The notes beneath the pieces are model-generated. The model had not been told where the DNA came from, did no database searches, and saw nothing but the letters and a program-made list of their open reading frames with translations. A DNA stretch of 64,000 nucleotides, from contig CAVNZM010000012.1 of assembly GCA_963693365.1 (NCBI GenBank), positions 868,001 to 932,000 on the forward strand, written 5' to 3'. Below, in pieces: positions 34,994 to 54,524 of the stretch. Position numbers and translations under genes: made by a program. The DNA comes from Amoebidium appalachense. Taxonomy: Eukaryota > Protista > Ichthyosporea. How positions within the stretch are numbered: position 1 is the first letter of the stretch; each line of letters starts with the position of its first letter.

Positions 34994-36048
34994 CCACCAC
35001 CACCACCCATCCACCCGCCCACCCACAAACCAATCCCCTCCCACCTCCCCACCTTTCCCCCCTCCCCATAATTTTTGTTTCTGTTCACAACTTTGTTGCG
35101 CTTTGTGGGGTATTTTTCAGCCCAAAACACACCTTGACATTCAGGTGGCACAAGTCGCACTCCTGGACTCTGTGTGTGCAAGCAACCTCGTGGGCTTCGA
35201 GGTCCTCCCCTCTGCCTGTGAAGTCACAGCCCATGTGCTTACACCGTGCAACACGGTGTGGGCACGTTTTTTCATGTTGGTCCACAGCTGCCATCAAGAG
35301 AATTTGGGTGCACCCGAACTGGGCATATTGACACTGCAGCTCGAGCTTCTCATACAAGCAATTAAACATTCTCGAGGGCTTTCTGAGCTGGGCACTCTGC
35401 AGGGTCTCGCGGTCGATGGGGCATGTTGACCTGAAAGGTGGAAACAACTGCTGGTTAGCACAAATGTGAACAGGGTAAAAAGGCTGAAATCCACACCTGG
35501 TAGTAGAAACGGCAAGGGATATTTGGAATAGGACAATCTCTTCTCCTCAAGCTAACACAACTGTCCTTTATGAGAGATGCATTTGGCTTTTGCTGTATCG
35601 TATTTCGTTCACCTGTTCGAAAGGAAAAGGGAAATTTTGCTTTTGCCTTTTTGTCATTTTTTAAACATGTTTGCATACTTTGGCTGTGCTATTGTGGATA
35701 ATAATGCACAGCAGCAGCCCACAAAACGTGACCCATGCATAGAAGAATTCGAAGCGAATTGAGAACGTAAAATAAATGAGAAGATTTCGAAATTTTTCTT
35801 GGATTTTCTGCGGCTGCTTCGATAATGGAGAAAGAAAATCATGGAAAATCGAATGTGGATACACACCTTGCCTCTAGCCACTTGTGGATGCACGTAGAGC
35901 AGAAGTAGTGGTCACATGGTGTGCAAAGAGGGTCTCGGAGAACCTCAGAGCATATTGAGCAAATGAACTCGTTTACAAAGCTGTTTTTGTCAACAAAACG
36001 ACGAGTCTCGTAGCCTGAAAGGGCATATCCGTTTGTGGTAGGAGCCAT
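33130..36048 (-). CDS. TRAF-type protein: C3HC4 RING, TRAF zinc fingers, coiled coil and MATH/TRAF-C domain; 4 exons
   Basis: Exons 36048-35867, 35430-35133, 34399-34175 and 33738-33130 are in phase. RING: CSIC...PCDHYFCSTC...CPIDR. Zinc fingers: HEKTCPHRVARCKHMGC, CPDSVIPCPVSGC. MATH: GYCFRMWIYFNG, DDALTWPFNKKVTFTLVDQ, GFGWGKF, FIKDDQLFV. Confidence 0.92.
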
Positions 36049-37602
36049 CGTGCTGTTTTCTACTACTCTCCTGGGACTAAAATGTAAGCTACTACACTAT
36101 GCTAACACATTCGTTTGATTACACTCCCTCGTCTTGCCTCTTTCCTTGTTTTCTAGTTTTTCGTTTCTTTGCTTCAACTACGCAGCCACAAAATTTATCA
36201 TCGACAGCAACTATCAGAGTGCAACTGACTGACACCTTTCGATCGCACACAGCGGCCGTTTTTGTGGGACGGTGGTTTTGAGCAGCCATGGTTCAGATAG
36301 CGGCTGCCACGGCCTGCTGTTTTGTTATTGGATGCTCCAAATTGAGAAATAATGATTGGTTCAACCCCAAAAACTGTGCCAAACACCGTTTACGATTGGC
36401 GGAGCCTAATCCGCGTGAGGAGGGTAAAACTGTTTCGCAAAACGTATTCGTTCGGACTATCACGGCGTAGAGGCCGAACAGCTTCAAGTGATCTTGCAAT
36501 TGCTCAGGTGGTAACAAACCAATGTATTGAAAGGGAATGAAAATAATATCTTATTAGCCATTATCAGCGCAATTCCCTTGAGTGTTTGAATACTACTGAG
36601 AGTCTGGGAAATGAGAACTCTGTCATTCAGTAGGAGATTGGCCACCAAGGAATGTGGCAATACAGCATCCGAGAGGAAGGTCAGCCATTCGTCACTGAAT
36701 CGTCATTTCCCATATGCCACCTGGTGCCGAAGACCATACACCGGATTATACAAACATCGTTTTTTATGCTGGATATGTGTGCTAACAGAGCAACGTACCT
36801 AAAATTTCATGTTGCTACGCATTTAGCACATGCTTATTTTGGTCTATGGTTGGTATACCGGCCTCGCGCAGTCCAACGACCTTTGCTTCGATAATAGGCT
36901 CATAGCACAACTTCATTGGTTCTCTGTCGTGCATATGTTTTAGCACTTCTCATTGAGATACTTTCAGCATGTAGATTTTGATTGGTCAAACAGAGCTATT
37001 GGCTGGCCGCGCAGCATTTTCGGAATGCGTGCTGCAAGCAAACGCAAATGGACCAGTATTGTTGAGAACTTTTTTACCTTGCTACAAGAAGAGAAAACAA
37101 CGTATGTAGACATCATAACATCAACATACTAAAATTCTGCCTTCAAAAATTATGTAGAGATATATTAAGAGATTTTTTATTACTAGCACACGTTTATTTG
37201 CGCTAAAGATGCATAGTCGACTCGACACAATGGTGACGCCATTACGCAGATCTATCCCATTAGATCTAAACAAAGGGTGTGACACATGATTGGCTTGCTG
37301 CTGTAGACCAGAATTATGAGTGGTGAGGGGCATTTGGCGCCAAAAATGACTTGAGACGACATCGTGTCACACCTGCTGTAATGCGGCATGCGCACTGTGG
37401 GGAGTAATCCGATGATGTCTGTAGAGAGGAGGTGTTTCTATACATATGTAGTACTATCTATAGCACACGTGCCTAGCTCCTAGCGTGTGTACGTACCACA
37501 CGCACATGCGTGTGTGTGCTTGTGCACGTGTGTGTGTGTGTGTGTGGGGGGGTGCTGTACATGGGTGTGTGCGTGCGTGTGTGCGTGTGTGTACGTGCGT
37601 GC

Positions 37603-37636
<34 letters not shown>

Positions 37637-37741
37637 GTGTGCGTGTGTGTGTGTGTGACGGCTTGTGTGTGTCACAGTGTGTGCGTGTGTGTGCGACAGT
37701 GTGCTTCACGTGGTGAGCGTGACAGTGTGTACATGTGTGTT

Positions 37742-37832
<91 letters not shown>

Positions 37833-37852
37833 AGTGATTGAATTACATTAAT

Positions 37853-37889
<37 letters not shown>

Positions 37890-38186
37890 GTGTGTTTGTG
37901 TGCGTGTGTGTGTGTGTGTACATGTAAACATGTATATGTATGGGCACAAGTGTGTTGGCATGTGCACCAGTGTGCGCATGTATTTGTGTGTGTGTGTGTA
38001 CATGTGTGTGTGTGTGTACATGTACGTGTGTGTGCATGCATGTGTGTGTGTGTGTATATGTGTACGTGCGTGTGCGTGCGTGTGTGTGCGTGTGTGGCGG
38101 TGCATGTGTGTGAACAGTATACTGCATGCGAGTTGCGTGCGTGTGTGTTTGTGTTTGTATGTGTGTGTGTGCGGGTGTGCCTGCAC

Positions 38187-38239
<53 letters not shown>

Positions 38240-38353
38240 GGTGCGTGTGTGTACATGTACACATGTACACACGCATGACAGTGTCTAACTATATACGGCA
38301 AACTCGGGCACATTGAGAAAAACAATCAAGTCAAAGGATTTTTTTTCCGGGGT

Positions 38354-38402
<49 letters not shown>

Positions 38403-38539
38403 TGATTTTTCCTTTTTGATTTTTGTTTGTCTATTTCTTTCCGTGTGCAATAAATATGTCGTACACCGCTATCAACATAATCACATAGTTATCATGAGGC
38501 CCCCGCCCAGCTGCCCGGCCTAAAACATTCTCCCCCCAT

Positions 38540-38573
<34 letters not shown>

Positions 38574-38575
38574 TT

Positions 38576-38648
<73 letters not shown>

Positions 38649-39199
38649 TAACGCGCGCGTGCACACACACACACATACAGAGGGAGAGCCTGAGTGTGTG
38701 GCAGACACACATGCACATGTACACAGTGATATAATTGGCGCATATGGCTGCAAAGACTCTTCACCAGCAAGGCTGGGTGGGGCACCAACCCTTGACTGAG
38801 TGTGCTCTAGAAGTTAGGAATGGTAGAGCTCAGCTGAATGCACCATCATCACTCTAAAAATAGGATACAGCGCTAGTCGGTGCTTAATGGAAGACGGTAG
38901 TTCCTACGCGGGAGCCCTAGAAAGCTCTTCCGGGAACAAAACAAGAACTTTAATTAGGAGACAACAATGATTACGCCGCGGAGTCCCAGCGCCACCCGCC
39001 CACCCGCAAGCGCTAGCATGGCCGGCACAACTTGCATATTGTCTGTCTACATGGTACCGTTAAGTTCTTTGACAGCTGCACACCTCAACACATCACTTAG
39101 GCACCCAATAGAAAGGGAGCTCGAGGCACCCCCCTCCCCCCCCCCCCCCCCCCCCAGGCCCCCTCCCCCCCCCCCTCCCCCGCCGCCCCCTCCCTGACT

Positions 39200-39241
<42 letters not shown>

Positions 39242-39831
39242 CACACACACCCATCCAATGTTTCCCGCCTGCTGTCCTCTTTCACTTCTCCCGATTCCAA
39301 CATATGGCATACCCCTGGGCTTGTCTGGCCTGGCCTACTATGTTATTATTGCAACCCATTTGGATCTGACAGGAGGGAAATGCAATCCAGTGTCGCAGCA
39401 CGTGCAAGCTATCAATTGCTAAAGGGGGTTATCAGGAAGGGATCGGGTATGTAAACATGTACAATCGCAACCACATGAGAAGTTGTATTAGAATTTATCT
39501 TCCGTACCCCACTGACTGTGAACTTGACCCCCCCTCCACCCCCCGGCCGCCGGCCGGCGGGACCTCCGCCGTGCCAACAAATACACACACACAAAACCAC
39601 AACACACACGCACACGAAAAAAGGAACAAAAGGAAAGGGTTATGCACATGCACTCTTAAGATTAAACATATCAAATCACCCACAAGCCCGATCCATGCTC
39701 CTGTTCTCTAGCGATAGTAGGTGTACATGTGCTTGTTTACATAACATTGTCAAGGTATTTACGTGCAGATTGAGTGTATATGTACGTGTGCCGCAGTGCA
39801 CGTGCACGTGTACACATGCATGCATGTGTGT

Positions 39832-39890
39832 GCATGGGTGTTCAACACGTGTGTGTGTGTGTGTGTGTGTGCGTGTGCATGGGTGTTCAA

Positions 39891-39929
<39 letters not shown>

Positions 39930-39950
39930 ATGGGTGTTCAACACGCGCGC

Positions 39951-40002
<52 letters not shown>

Positions 40003-40076
40003 ATGGGTGTTCAACACGCGCGCGTGTGTGTGTGTGTGTGTGTGTGTGCATGGGTGTTCAACACGCGCGCGCGCGC

Positions 40077-40118
<42 letters not shown>

Positions 40119-40133
40119 ATGGGTGTTCAACAC
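39832..40133 (+). repeat. Six copies of GCATGGGTGTTCAACAC separated by variable (GT)n/(GC)n tracts
   Basis: Copies start at 39832, 39877, 39928, 40001, 40048 and 40117. Confidence 0.9.
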
Positions 40134-40208
<75 letters not shown>

Positions 40209-40299
40209 ATCTGTGACCAAGTCCTACTACCGGGTCTGCCTCCTACTTTGTGCAATATGTTCTTTTTAGTAGTGTGTGTGTGGGTGTGGGTGGGTGGGT

Positions 40300-40357
<58 letters not shown>

Positions 40358-41057
40358 CACACCTGAACTACTTATGTACTAATAGCATTTTCTTCCTAAC
40401 AGTCACCTCGAGCTTGGAGACACGTACGTATACACAAACACAAAAACGGACACCCACCCACATTCCAGCCCCTCCAAAACACACACACACACACACACAC
40501 GAGCGCGCATGCACGCACACACACATGCATAGCCTGCACACATATGCAGGCACCCACTCACCCTATGAATGCTCGTAACTCGAAGATGTGGGGTAACATC
40601 TTGGTTTGTTTATTGAACGATTATGTATACCGGTTATCTATATCGATATGTATACCGAATGGCCTCTCAGAGCTCTCGCCTATTATAGGCTATAAACAGG
40701 AGACAATAAAACCATGCTATTTGATCCATAGCATTTACAATAATATCAGCTACTTATTCAGCCAATCATCATTAGAGATACGAACGAATCTCGATAGTGA
40801 TTTGGTACATCAGGAGTGTATGCTGTTCTTAAAAATTGTCGGGGCGGAGTCCGCAGACACCGGAAACCGGGCGATAACTTTGCATTCCTAAAAAGCAATC
40901 TAGCGCGGCAATTTCGTGTGTTGGTTCGTGGCGTGTGTGCGTATGCAAGGGGTCTGGTGGGGGAAGGAGGGGTGGATGTAAACAAAGACGTAACACAGAA
41001 AAAATGCCAACCCAGTGTCGCAATTTGCTTTTCGGAGAGAAGGTGATGGTGGTGATT

Positions 41058-41090
<33 letters not shown>

Positions 41091-41098
41091 ATGTTCGA

Positions 41099-46403
<5,305 letters not shown>

Positions 46404-47363
46404 TCTTACTTGGAAGAAAAGATAGTAAGAACGGGAAAAAAAAAAGTTGGACTTGAAACGAAGATGATTGTAATTATAGGAAGGCTGGCCCGGGTACCAT
46501 ATCAGGAGCGGGCAATTTTTGAATTCTCCCTCCCCGGCCCCGCCGGGGAAAATTTGAGGTTTTTGGACCTCAAAGAAGTCAAATCCTGCAAAATCCACTA
46601 CCGGGAGGCCAAAAAGGGTGATTTTACAAAAAAGGAGGGACATACATGAAAAAGAGAAAATGGGCGAGTTCAGTGGGCTGCCGATAAGTATATCTCGTGC
46701 TGGGCCGGTATACATGCTGCCGTGGTTGCTGCTGTAGACGGCAGTATGGCATCGCATGTGTCACGTGACCTGCACGTGAATGCGACCATGTGCAGGCACT
46801 GAGTCTAGGGGGATTTGTATGTGTGTTTTGGAGCACCGACAAGGCAGAGCCAGGGTGAGGGATGTGTAAACATGGAGTTTAGGGAGATCGTGCTGCTATT
46901 GTAACATGTGCACAAAACAGCCACGTGCACCGGCACACTCCGGTGTACAGAACAATAATATGCACATGCGTCACTGTAATATCATGTATGCGCATGCCGC
47001 ACAAGGTTTAGGAGACCACCACAGTATATACTATTTTCTTTTGGTTGATATCCATGTAGGAATGGTGTGTTGCAGTTGTCATGATCAGCCTGAGGCAGGC
47101 ACGTGCACTCACTGAAACACTAGAACTCATGAATAAAAAATACATTCGCTAAAAACGGCAAGGTAAATTTGGGGCCAAGCTATTATTTCCCCCTTTTAAA
47201 CGTTTTTTTAGCTCCAAGAACTTCGACGCCAAAATTTCTATATTTGGCCATCGTATATGATAATGAACACGTGTACTTAAATTAAAGTAGTTATATAAAT
47301 ATGAGCGGCCCGTTACAAATACAGTGACGAAAAACAGTGACCCACGAGCAGTTTTTCTTTCTA

Positions 47364-47424
<61 letters not shown>

Positions 47425-48761
47425 ACACACACACCAGACACACACACCACCACCACGGTGACCACCACCACCACCACCACCACCACTCACCCCTTAAAAA
47501 AACCACACACATACGTGCACGTGTACACACACACACAGAACACCACCACCACCTCCACTGGACCCCATTTCCTCGTTGTTTTCTTAAGCCTTCAGACCAG
47601 TCCTGCACACTGGAGTTAAACAATTGAATTCACCTAGGCTGACATGCATCCACCCCCGCCTTCCACTTCCCCTCCCCCCCACCCCCCTCCCCCCACCCCC
47701 CCCCCACCCCCACCCCCTCCCCCTCGATGAAGAAGGGCCCCCGTAAGCCTTGGGGGGGGGGGGGGGAGGGGGGGGAAGGGGAAGGGGGAGCTCTTGAGCC
47801 TCCGGGTAGGGAAGTGGGGTCCGGGGATCCGGAGAGGAGGGGGGGGGGGGGGGGGAAGGGGCATATAATATTGGGCCTAGATATCATAGTATGGGGCCCC
47901 GGGGGAGGGAGAGGTGGGGGGGAGGGGGGGAGGATCCACGGGAAAGACCTTTAGGTGCATGTTCTTATTTATACCCCCTTCGAATCATCCCCCCTCCCCC
48001 TCCCCCCCCCCCTCCCCCCCTGAGTGCAGGCCGTGACGTAGCTACGATAACCCTGCAGAAGGCAACAAAAATGTATTAATTACTAGCACTATACATGTGT
48101 TCATAGTGCAGCTTGCACCACGTATGATCTCAGCAACTTTAAAGTAGTCACAAAGTTTAGTTATTTTCATTATTTTCATTGCTCTGAACTCTATTACTCT
48201 GAAATGATCACCGTGCATGTGCCGCAAGATAACAACCCTATATGTGTGCAGCTGCTGCCTGCAGGTTAGACTCGCTGAAAAGACAATTGTCAGTGTGCAT
48301 CCGACGCTTGCAGCTGCAGCTAGCCTCTGCAACATTAATACTTGCCAAGTGAATGCTCTTACACTTGATCATCATTCACTCAAAAAACCGAGGACCGACA
48401 GATTAAATATTAATGTCGATCCGAATGATCAGCAAGTGTCTATGCGTACTACTATATATACACACACGTAAAATGCGAAGCTATCAGTTACAAGGCACAC
48501 CTGCTGCACTGGCACACATACACATACACACCGGCAGATCGATGCTGTCAAAATTTACTTTCATGTACTTCGTAGGTCCGACACAGGTGCACATGAACAC
48601 GTACATATGTACAAGCCGCGCACACACCACACCACACATACACACACACACACACACACTCACACACACACACGCACACACGCACACACGCACACACGCA
48701 CACACGCACGCACGCACGCACACACACACACACACACACGCACGCACGCGCGCGCGCGCGC

Positions 48762-48834
<73 letters not shown>

Positions 48835-49137
48835 CACTGGGTGCGCTCGCTGGGGATTAGTTTTTTGGCACGCTGTTGACTTTATCGTGTGTTTATTATT
48901 TGCTATTTATTGGCCAGCGGCCAACATTTAAAAATATACTATATACCTAAAAATAGATACTGACTACGGCCAGCAGACATTATACACCTTCCAGGACACA
49001 TTAACACCAATAGTCTAACACACCATACTCTCGATCACAAAGAATTCCTAACAAACAGAGAAAAGTGCAAAGGCTCTGTACTATTACTCAGATTCTAAAT
49101 TTTAATTCTTTACAGTAAACTTCGGAATGAAAGCTAG

Positions 49138-49171
<34 letters not shown>

Positions 49172-50928
49172 CCCCTAACATGACTGTACGAAGAACAGGT
49201 ATAACTTGAAGCACTACAACACATATGAGATCCGTTACATTGGTGTACATTCCAATATTAGACACTAGTTTGGCTACTCTGACTACTCTGAGATCCTGAT
49301 TGGCTGCCTGCAGACTTGCGGCCACGATTACTTTGCTTTCGATCGTGCCATTGCAGCTGCGTCTCTCCAGCAGGTGGCAACGCCAGGCCCAGCACAGCAG
49401 ATGCACGAGAAGGGGGTGGGAACTGCCCACCAGCCGAGGGCTGGCCCACATGGCCCAAGTAAGGATGGGGACCGTGCTGCGGCAGTAGCCCAGGCATGGG
49501 GAAGGCAGGGCCGGGCTGAGGCGGCATGATGCCCCACGGTGGGGGCCAGCCATGTGGGTGGTGCGGGCCTGGATGGGGTGCAGGGGGCATGTGCGGCACA
49601 TGGCCCTGCTGCATGTCAAGCGCGGGTGCTGGTGGCATGGCATCCTGATTGGCTGCAACCCAACGTGGGCAGCTCTTGGCCCGATTGGAGCCGGGGCAGC
49701 CCTTGCCCTGGCGGCCACACGTCTTGCAGGTCTTGGGGGCTCTCTGGGGTGGCTGCATAGGAGGGGGCACCGGCAAATCCATCTGCAGGGGCCCCTCAGG
49801 GCCAATGTTGCGATGCTTTTTGCCCACTAGCATGGGCAAGGGCCGCTCACGCTGCGCCCCTGCATCGACACCGTCTGGAACAGGGAGGGGTGGCAAGGGG
49901 GCAGGCCGTATGGTTGCTGGCACAGCGTCTGCCCTCTCCTCGCGCATACGCTTGCGGTGATCTGCCAGGCCCTCGTGTGTGGAGCGCTGTGCATGTGCCG
50001 TCTGCCAGGTCTTCCACTTGTCGAAATGCTTCTTGATGTAGGCCGCATCCTTCATGTAGATTCCCCCAGCCACAGAGGCAGCCTTGTTGAAGTCTTGGGC
50101 CAAAGCCTCGAACAGCTGGCCGTTGGGCTTTGCATGTGCCTTGTAGGTGCCCAGGAGCAGCGTGCTGAATAGCTTGCGCTCCTGAGGGGTAAGCACCGGA
50201 AGGAAGGGGATGGCCACATGTTGCTTCTGCGCCAGGAACTTGTAGTCGCCCCTCAGTGCAGGGTCCGGCTGTGGTGCACCACGCGCCACCTGGTTGCCCC
50301 CCCCCATGGCAGCACCGTCACCCTCCTCGACCTCACAGTCCTCTGGCCCGCCCATCACGCCATTGGCTGCAGGCTCGATGTTATCAGACGGAGGTGGGGG
50401 TGCGGGCACCGCAACTGGCTCCTGCGCCGGGGCATTGGCCACACAGGAGAGCGGGGCAAAGTTGAAGTACTCCTCCGGTAGCTTGTAGCAGCCTACGGGT
50501 ACCCACTGGGGGTCGAGGTGATGGCCGTACAGCATCAGCGCCAGTGCCTCCATGTCGTCAACAATCCAGGGGCTGTAGTGGGGGGGCCCCGATGCCTGGC
50601 CCAGGCGGTTGCGGTAGTGTGCACGCAGGTTGTGGCGGTGGCGCCTATTGGACATGGTGGCGTCCAGCAGGCGCAGCGACATGCGTGTGGCCCCAAAGTG
50701 GGTGGCCAGGGGGTTGTGCACTGCCCCCTCCACCTCGTTGGTGCCCCGGATGCAGCGGTAGCGCATGAGCCCATCTGCGTCGGCAGTGGTCTCGTAGTAG
50801 AGGGGCAGGCCGGGGGGGTCCGACAGACAGCCATTTTGGGCGTGTTCGAGCAGCGACTGTGGGGGCACAAGCAAACATCAGAGAGATGGGTGGGTGGTGG
50901 TGGTGGTAGTGTGTGTGTATGTGTGTGT

Positions 50929-50986
<58 letters not shown>

Positions 50987-51058
50987 TGGGGTTGCTAAGG
51001 AAAAAAACGAGCAGGGAAAGGCAAAAAACAACTGGCTAGGCAGCAAGGGCCGTGCGGG

Positions 51059-51113
<55 letters not shown>

Positions 51114-51697
51114 TGTGTGTGTGTGTATGTTTGGGGGGGGGGGGGGGGGGGGGGAGGCTAGGGTGTGCGTGTGTGTGCAGATGAACCAAGGATGACAAAT
51201 AAGCGAAGAATCTTTTCTGTGGTGGTGGAGTTGTTGGGCGCCTGCAGGGGGGGGGGGGGGGGGGGGGGGATGTTGCCTCGAGTCTTTCAAAGCCATCCTT
51301 CTTGAACAGAGGCTTGCCATCCGGTCCGGGCGGCACATCCTTGTAGGTGTTTTTGAACTCCACCAGCCGCGAGACCAGCGTGTATGGGTCGGGAATAACC
51401 CGCCGGATGCGCTCCATGAAGTAGCTCAGGTCGCCGCCCTTGAGCTCGGTTTCAATGTCGATGCCCTTCTGCTCCAGCACCCCCTGTGAGGCAGGATGCC
51501 AATATTAATTTACTACGCACACTGCAATTTGGGTTTGGTAGACTTTGATACCTGCCGTTATTGTAGGACCCCTCCCCTCCACCCCCCCCATCTTCTCCCC
51601 CAACACAAGTAAAAAATGCATGTGGCTATTTCCCCCCACAACCCTACATTATTTCTCTCTAGGCATATGAATAACCCCCACTCTCCTCCCCCCCCCC

Positions 51698-51748
<51 letters not shown>

Positions 51749-52793
51749 TTCCCCCCCCTCTCTCTGAGGCTCAGGCTCTCTCTCTTCCCTCAGAAGTTTT
51801 GTCGAAGGTGTGCATGGTTGTGGGTGGAATGGTGAGTGTGTGCTAACGAGTGTATGTGTGTGTGCGCGTCAGTCACGCATGTTGTTGTTGCCGTTTTTTT
51901 TATTTTTATTTTTTATTTTTTATTTTGGGGGGGGGGGGAGGGGGGGGGGGCACCTTCACATGTCCGTAATCCTCTTCATTCCACACAAATATTGCCTCGC
52001 TGAGTGCGCGTGCGTACTCAGCCCTGCGGGGGTGTGACTTGTACGTGCCGTCCGCCGTGTTTGCAATGGAGTGGAAGGCGTCATTCAGCACAGTCTGCCA
52101 CACCACCTCCCCAGGCGGTGCCTGGCCCAACATGCCCTCTCTGGGAGCTGCCTCGGGTCCCCCTGGGGCTGCCTCAAGGCCCCCCGGGGCTGCCTGGGGG
52201 TCCTGGGGGGGTGCCTGTGGGCCGGCAAGGGGTTGCTGCTGCTCGGCAGGGGGAGGACTGGCAGGGGGAGGGGCTGGGTCAGGGACCACCGGCACCTCGG
52301 CACCTGGGTCCGGTGGGGGCTGAATGGGCCGTAGCCACTGCAGGTGCACCATCAGCTCAAAGGGCGGCGGGCCCAGCTCTCCCAGGGTCTTGCCCTTGTC
52401 GGGGCCAAAGGGCACCTGCATGGCCGGCGACAGCACCTGATCCACCCGCACCACTGCATGCTTCTTGCCCACCTTCATGCCCCCCCAGCGCTCCGGCTGC
52501 ACAGCCAGCACCACCCCGGTGGCTGCTGCAGCATGTGGGCCCCGCCGGGGCACAATCTCAACCCCTTCACCGAGTGCCTTTGCATGAAGCCGCGCTGCAT
52601 GTCATAGAGGGAAGCAAAAAACTCAGCCAAAAAGCCACAGCACCAACGTTTTTCTCTTCGCTCCACAAAAATCAAATGCATATTCCTTAGCAACCCCCTT
52701 CCCCCCCCCCCCCCCCCCCCCTTCTCCCTCCCCCCCCCCCCCCTCTCCCAGTGCCCAGCTTGTGTGGCACTTGCACGTGTTAACAGTGCTATA

Positions 52794-52824
<31 letters not shown>

Positions 52825-53069
52825 CCACCACCACCACCACCACCAATCACCCCCTCCTTTGATAGCCACCCGACACCCAGCATAACACAACTGGAACACT
52901 GGCCCATGTGGTCAGCCACCCCCCCCCCCCCCCCCCCCCCCCTCCCCCCCCTCCCCCTCCCCTCTCCTCTGGGGGGCCCACAATCTTTCTATATCTGGCA
53001 TAAGCACATAAGCACTGGGGCAAAAAGCAGGTGGGATACACACCTGACAGGTTTGGCCTATCGACCACG

Positions 53070-53600
53070 GCCGAGTAGACCTGCAGGGACGCATATGCAT
53101 CAAGGGCAGCGTAGGTGGCCTGCACCTCTGATAGCGGCTCGTGCCAGTTGGAGCATCGAACAAGTGCCGGCTTGGGCAGCTTCTTGCCTATGACCTGGGC
53201 AGTGATGTCGGCCAAGCCCCGGGCCGCAGAGGTGATAGCTGCACGGGCATAGCAGAACCGGCCCAGCTCCAGATAGCTGGCCACAGGGGTGCCGTAGTCC
53301 TTGTTGAGGTGGGCCGAGTCCGTGCCGATCTGCTTGCCCACCTTGATGATGCTGGGGTCCCTAAGCAGCGCAATCAGCTCGTCCACCAGCCGCGCGGGCG
53401 GGCTGTGGTTGGGGCCCATGCGTGCCAAGTGGAAGATGTACACGGCCCGTGCGGTGGCAATCTGCAGCGTGCAAACCTTGGACCGCGCCTGGCCCACCCG
53501 ATAGACCCACTCGCAGTCCAGCCCCACCACGCGGTGCTGCTGCCCCTCCAGGTCGGCACGAATGGCCGCTGTAGCCACCACCGCCCCCTGGCAGTCGGTG
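53070..53600 (-). other. DEDDy 3'-5' exonuclease domain (WRN-exo/EXD2/RNase D-like)
   Basis: ExoI VVGLDCEW, LQIAT, LLRDPSIIKVG, ExoII IGTD, VRCSNWHEPLSEVQATYAALDA (ExoIII). All catalytic positions appear to be present. Confidence 0.9.
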
Positions 53601-53964
53601 TACACCGGCTTAGGGTAGTTGGCCGGCAGCTCCAGCCCAGGCAGACCGTCCGTCACGCTTACCAGCGCAGCCTCGTTCAGACGGACGGGGCATTTTGGCC
53701 GGGCTAGGGTTGGAAACATGCGCTCAACAAACGCCCGGTCTTGGCAGCACCGATCTGTGTAGAAGAAGGCCGGGCCCTTGCTGTTGAGCGCCGCCGTGGT
53801 GGCAGAGATGCGCTGGATCACGGGCTCAATCTCCTGGTGGCTGCAGTCCCGTGTAAATACCTGCGCCCGGATCTCTGGGGTGCCGCACTGTGTGAGAGGG
53901 CATCTCCGAGCAGCCATGCATGTTCTAGCTTCCCTTACCACATGGCCCTTCACGAGACTTCAGT

Positions 53965-54262
53965 GCCCACACAATCCTTTCCCCCTCCCTCCCCCCAAAC
54001 CCATGTGCCCACATACTTTCCCCTCCCTCTCCCCCAAAACCCTTCCCCCGCCTTCCCCCCAAACCCATGTGCCCACATACTTTCCCCAGGCCTCCCTTTC
54101 CCCCAAAATCTTCCCCCCCCCTCCCCCCCTAAACCCATGTACCTACAATCCTTCCCCCTTCCTCCCCCTAAACCCTTGTGATCACAATCCTTTCCCCCTC
54201 TCTGCCTTCCCCCCAAACCCATGTGCCCACGATCCTTCCCCACTCCCCCTCCCCCCAAACCA
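53965..54262 (+). repeat. Degenerate minisatellite CCCCCAAACCCATGTGCCCAC... (about 6 copies) in a transposase-gene intron
   Basis: AAACCCATGT-like cores recur at ~53997, 54061, 54132, 54171, 54215 and 54256. Confidence 0.8.
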
Positions 54263-54438
54263 TGGGACAGCCCTCCATATGGCACCTACTGTCCCCCCCC
54301 CCCCCCCCCCACCCCACCCCGGGCCTCTTGCCCTCTCTACCTTCAACCCCGACGGTGGTGTCTCTCCCCCCCCCCCCCCCCCCCCCCTGCATCCCTTGCA
54401 ATCACTGGCCCCTACTCCCATTCTGCTTGGCAGAAGCT

Positions 54439-54524
<86 letters not shown>

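Noticed and set aside
36100-37400. Repeat-free block upstream of TRAF as a hidden gene or ncRNA
   Set aside because: It holds only short ORFs with no tRNA or rRNA signature; several ATTGG boxes fit promoter DNA.
39832-40133. CRISPR array
   Set aside because: The repeat is only 17 nt, the spacers are (GT)n/(GC)n microsatellite rather than unique sequence, there are no cas genes, and the context is eukaryotic.
52847-53953. Stand-alone WRN/EXD2 gene
   Set aside because: No helicase or HRDC domain is present, and the exon splices in phase to transposase-like exons on both sides.
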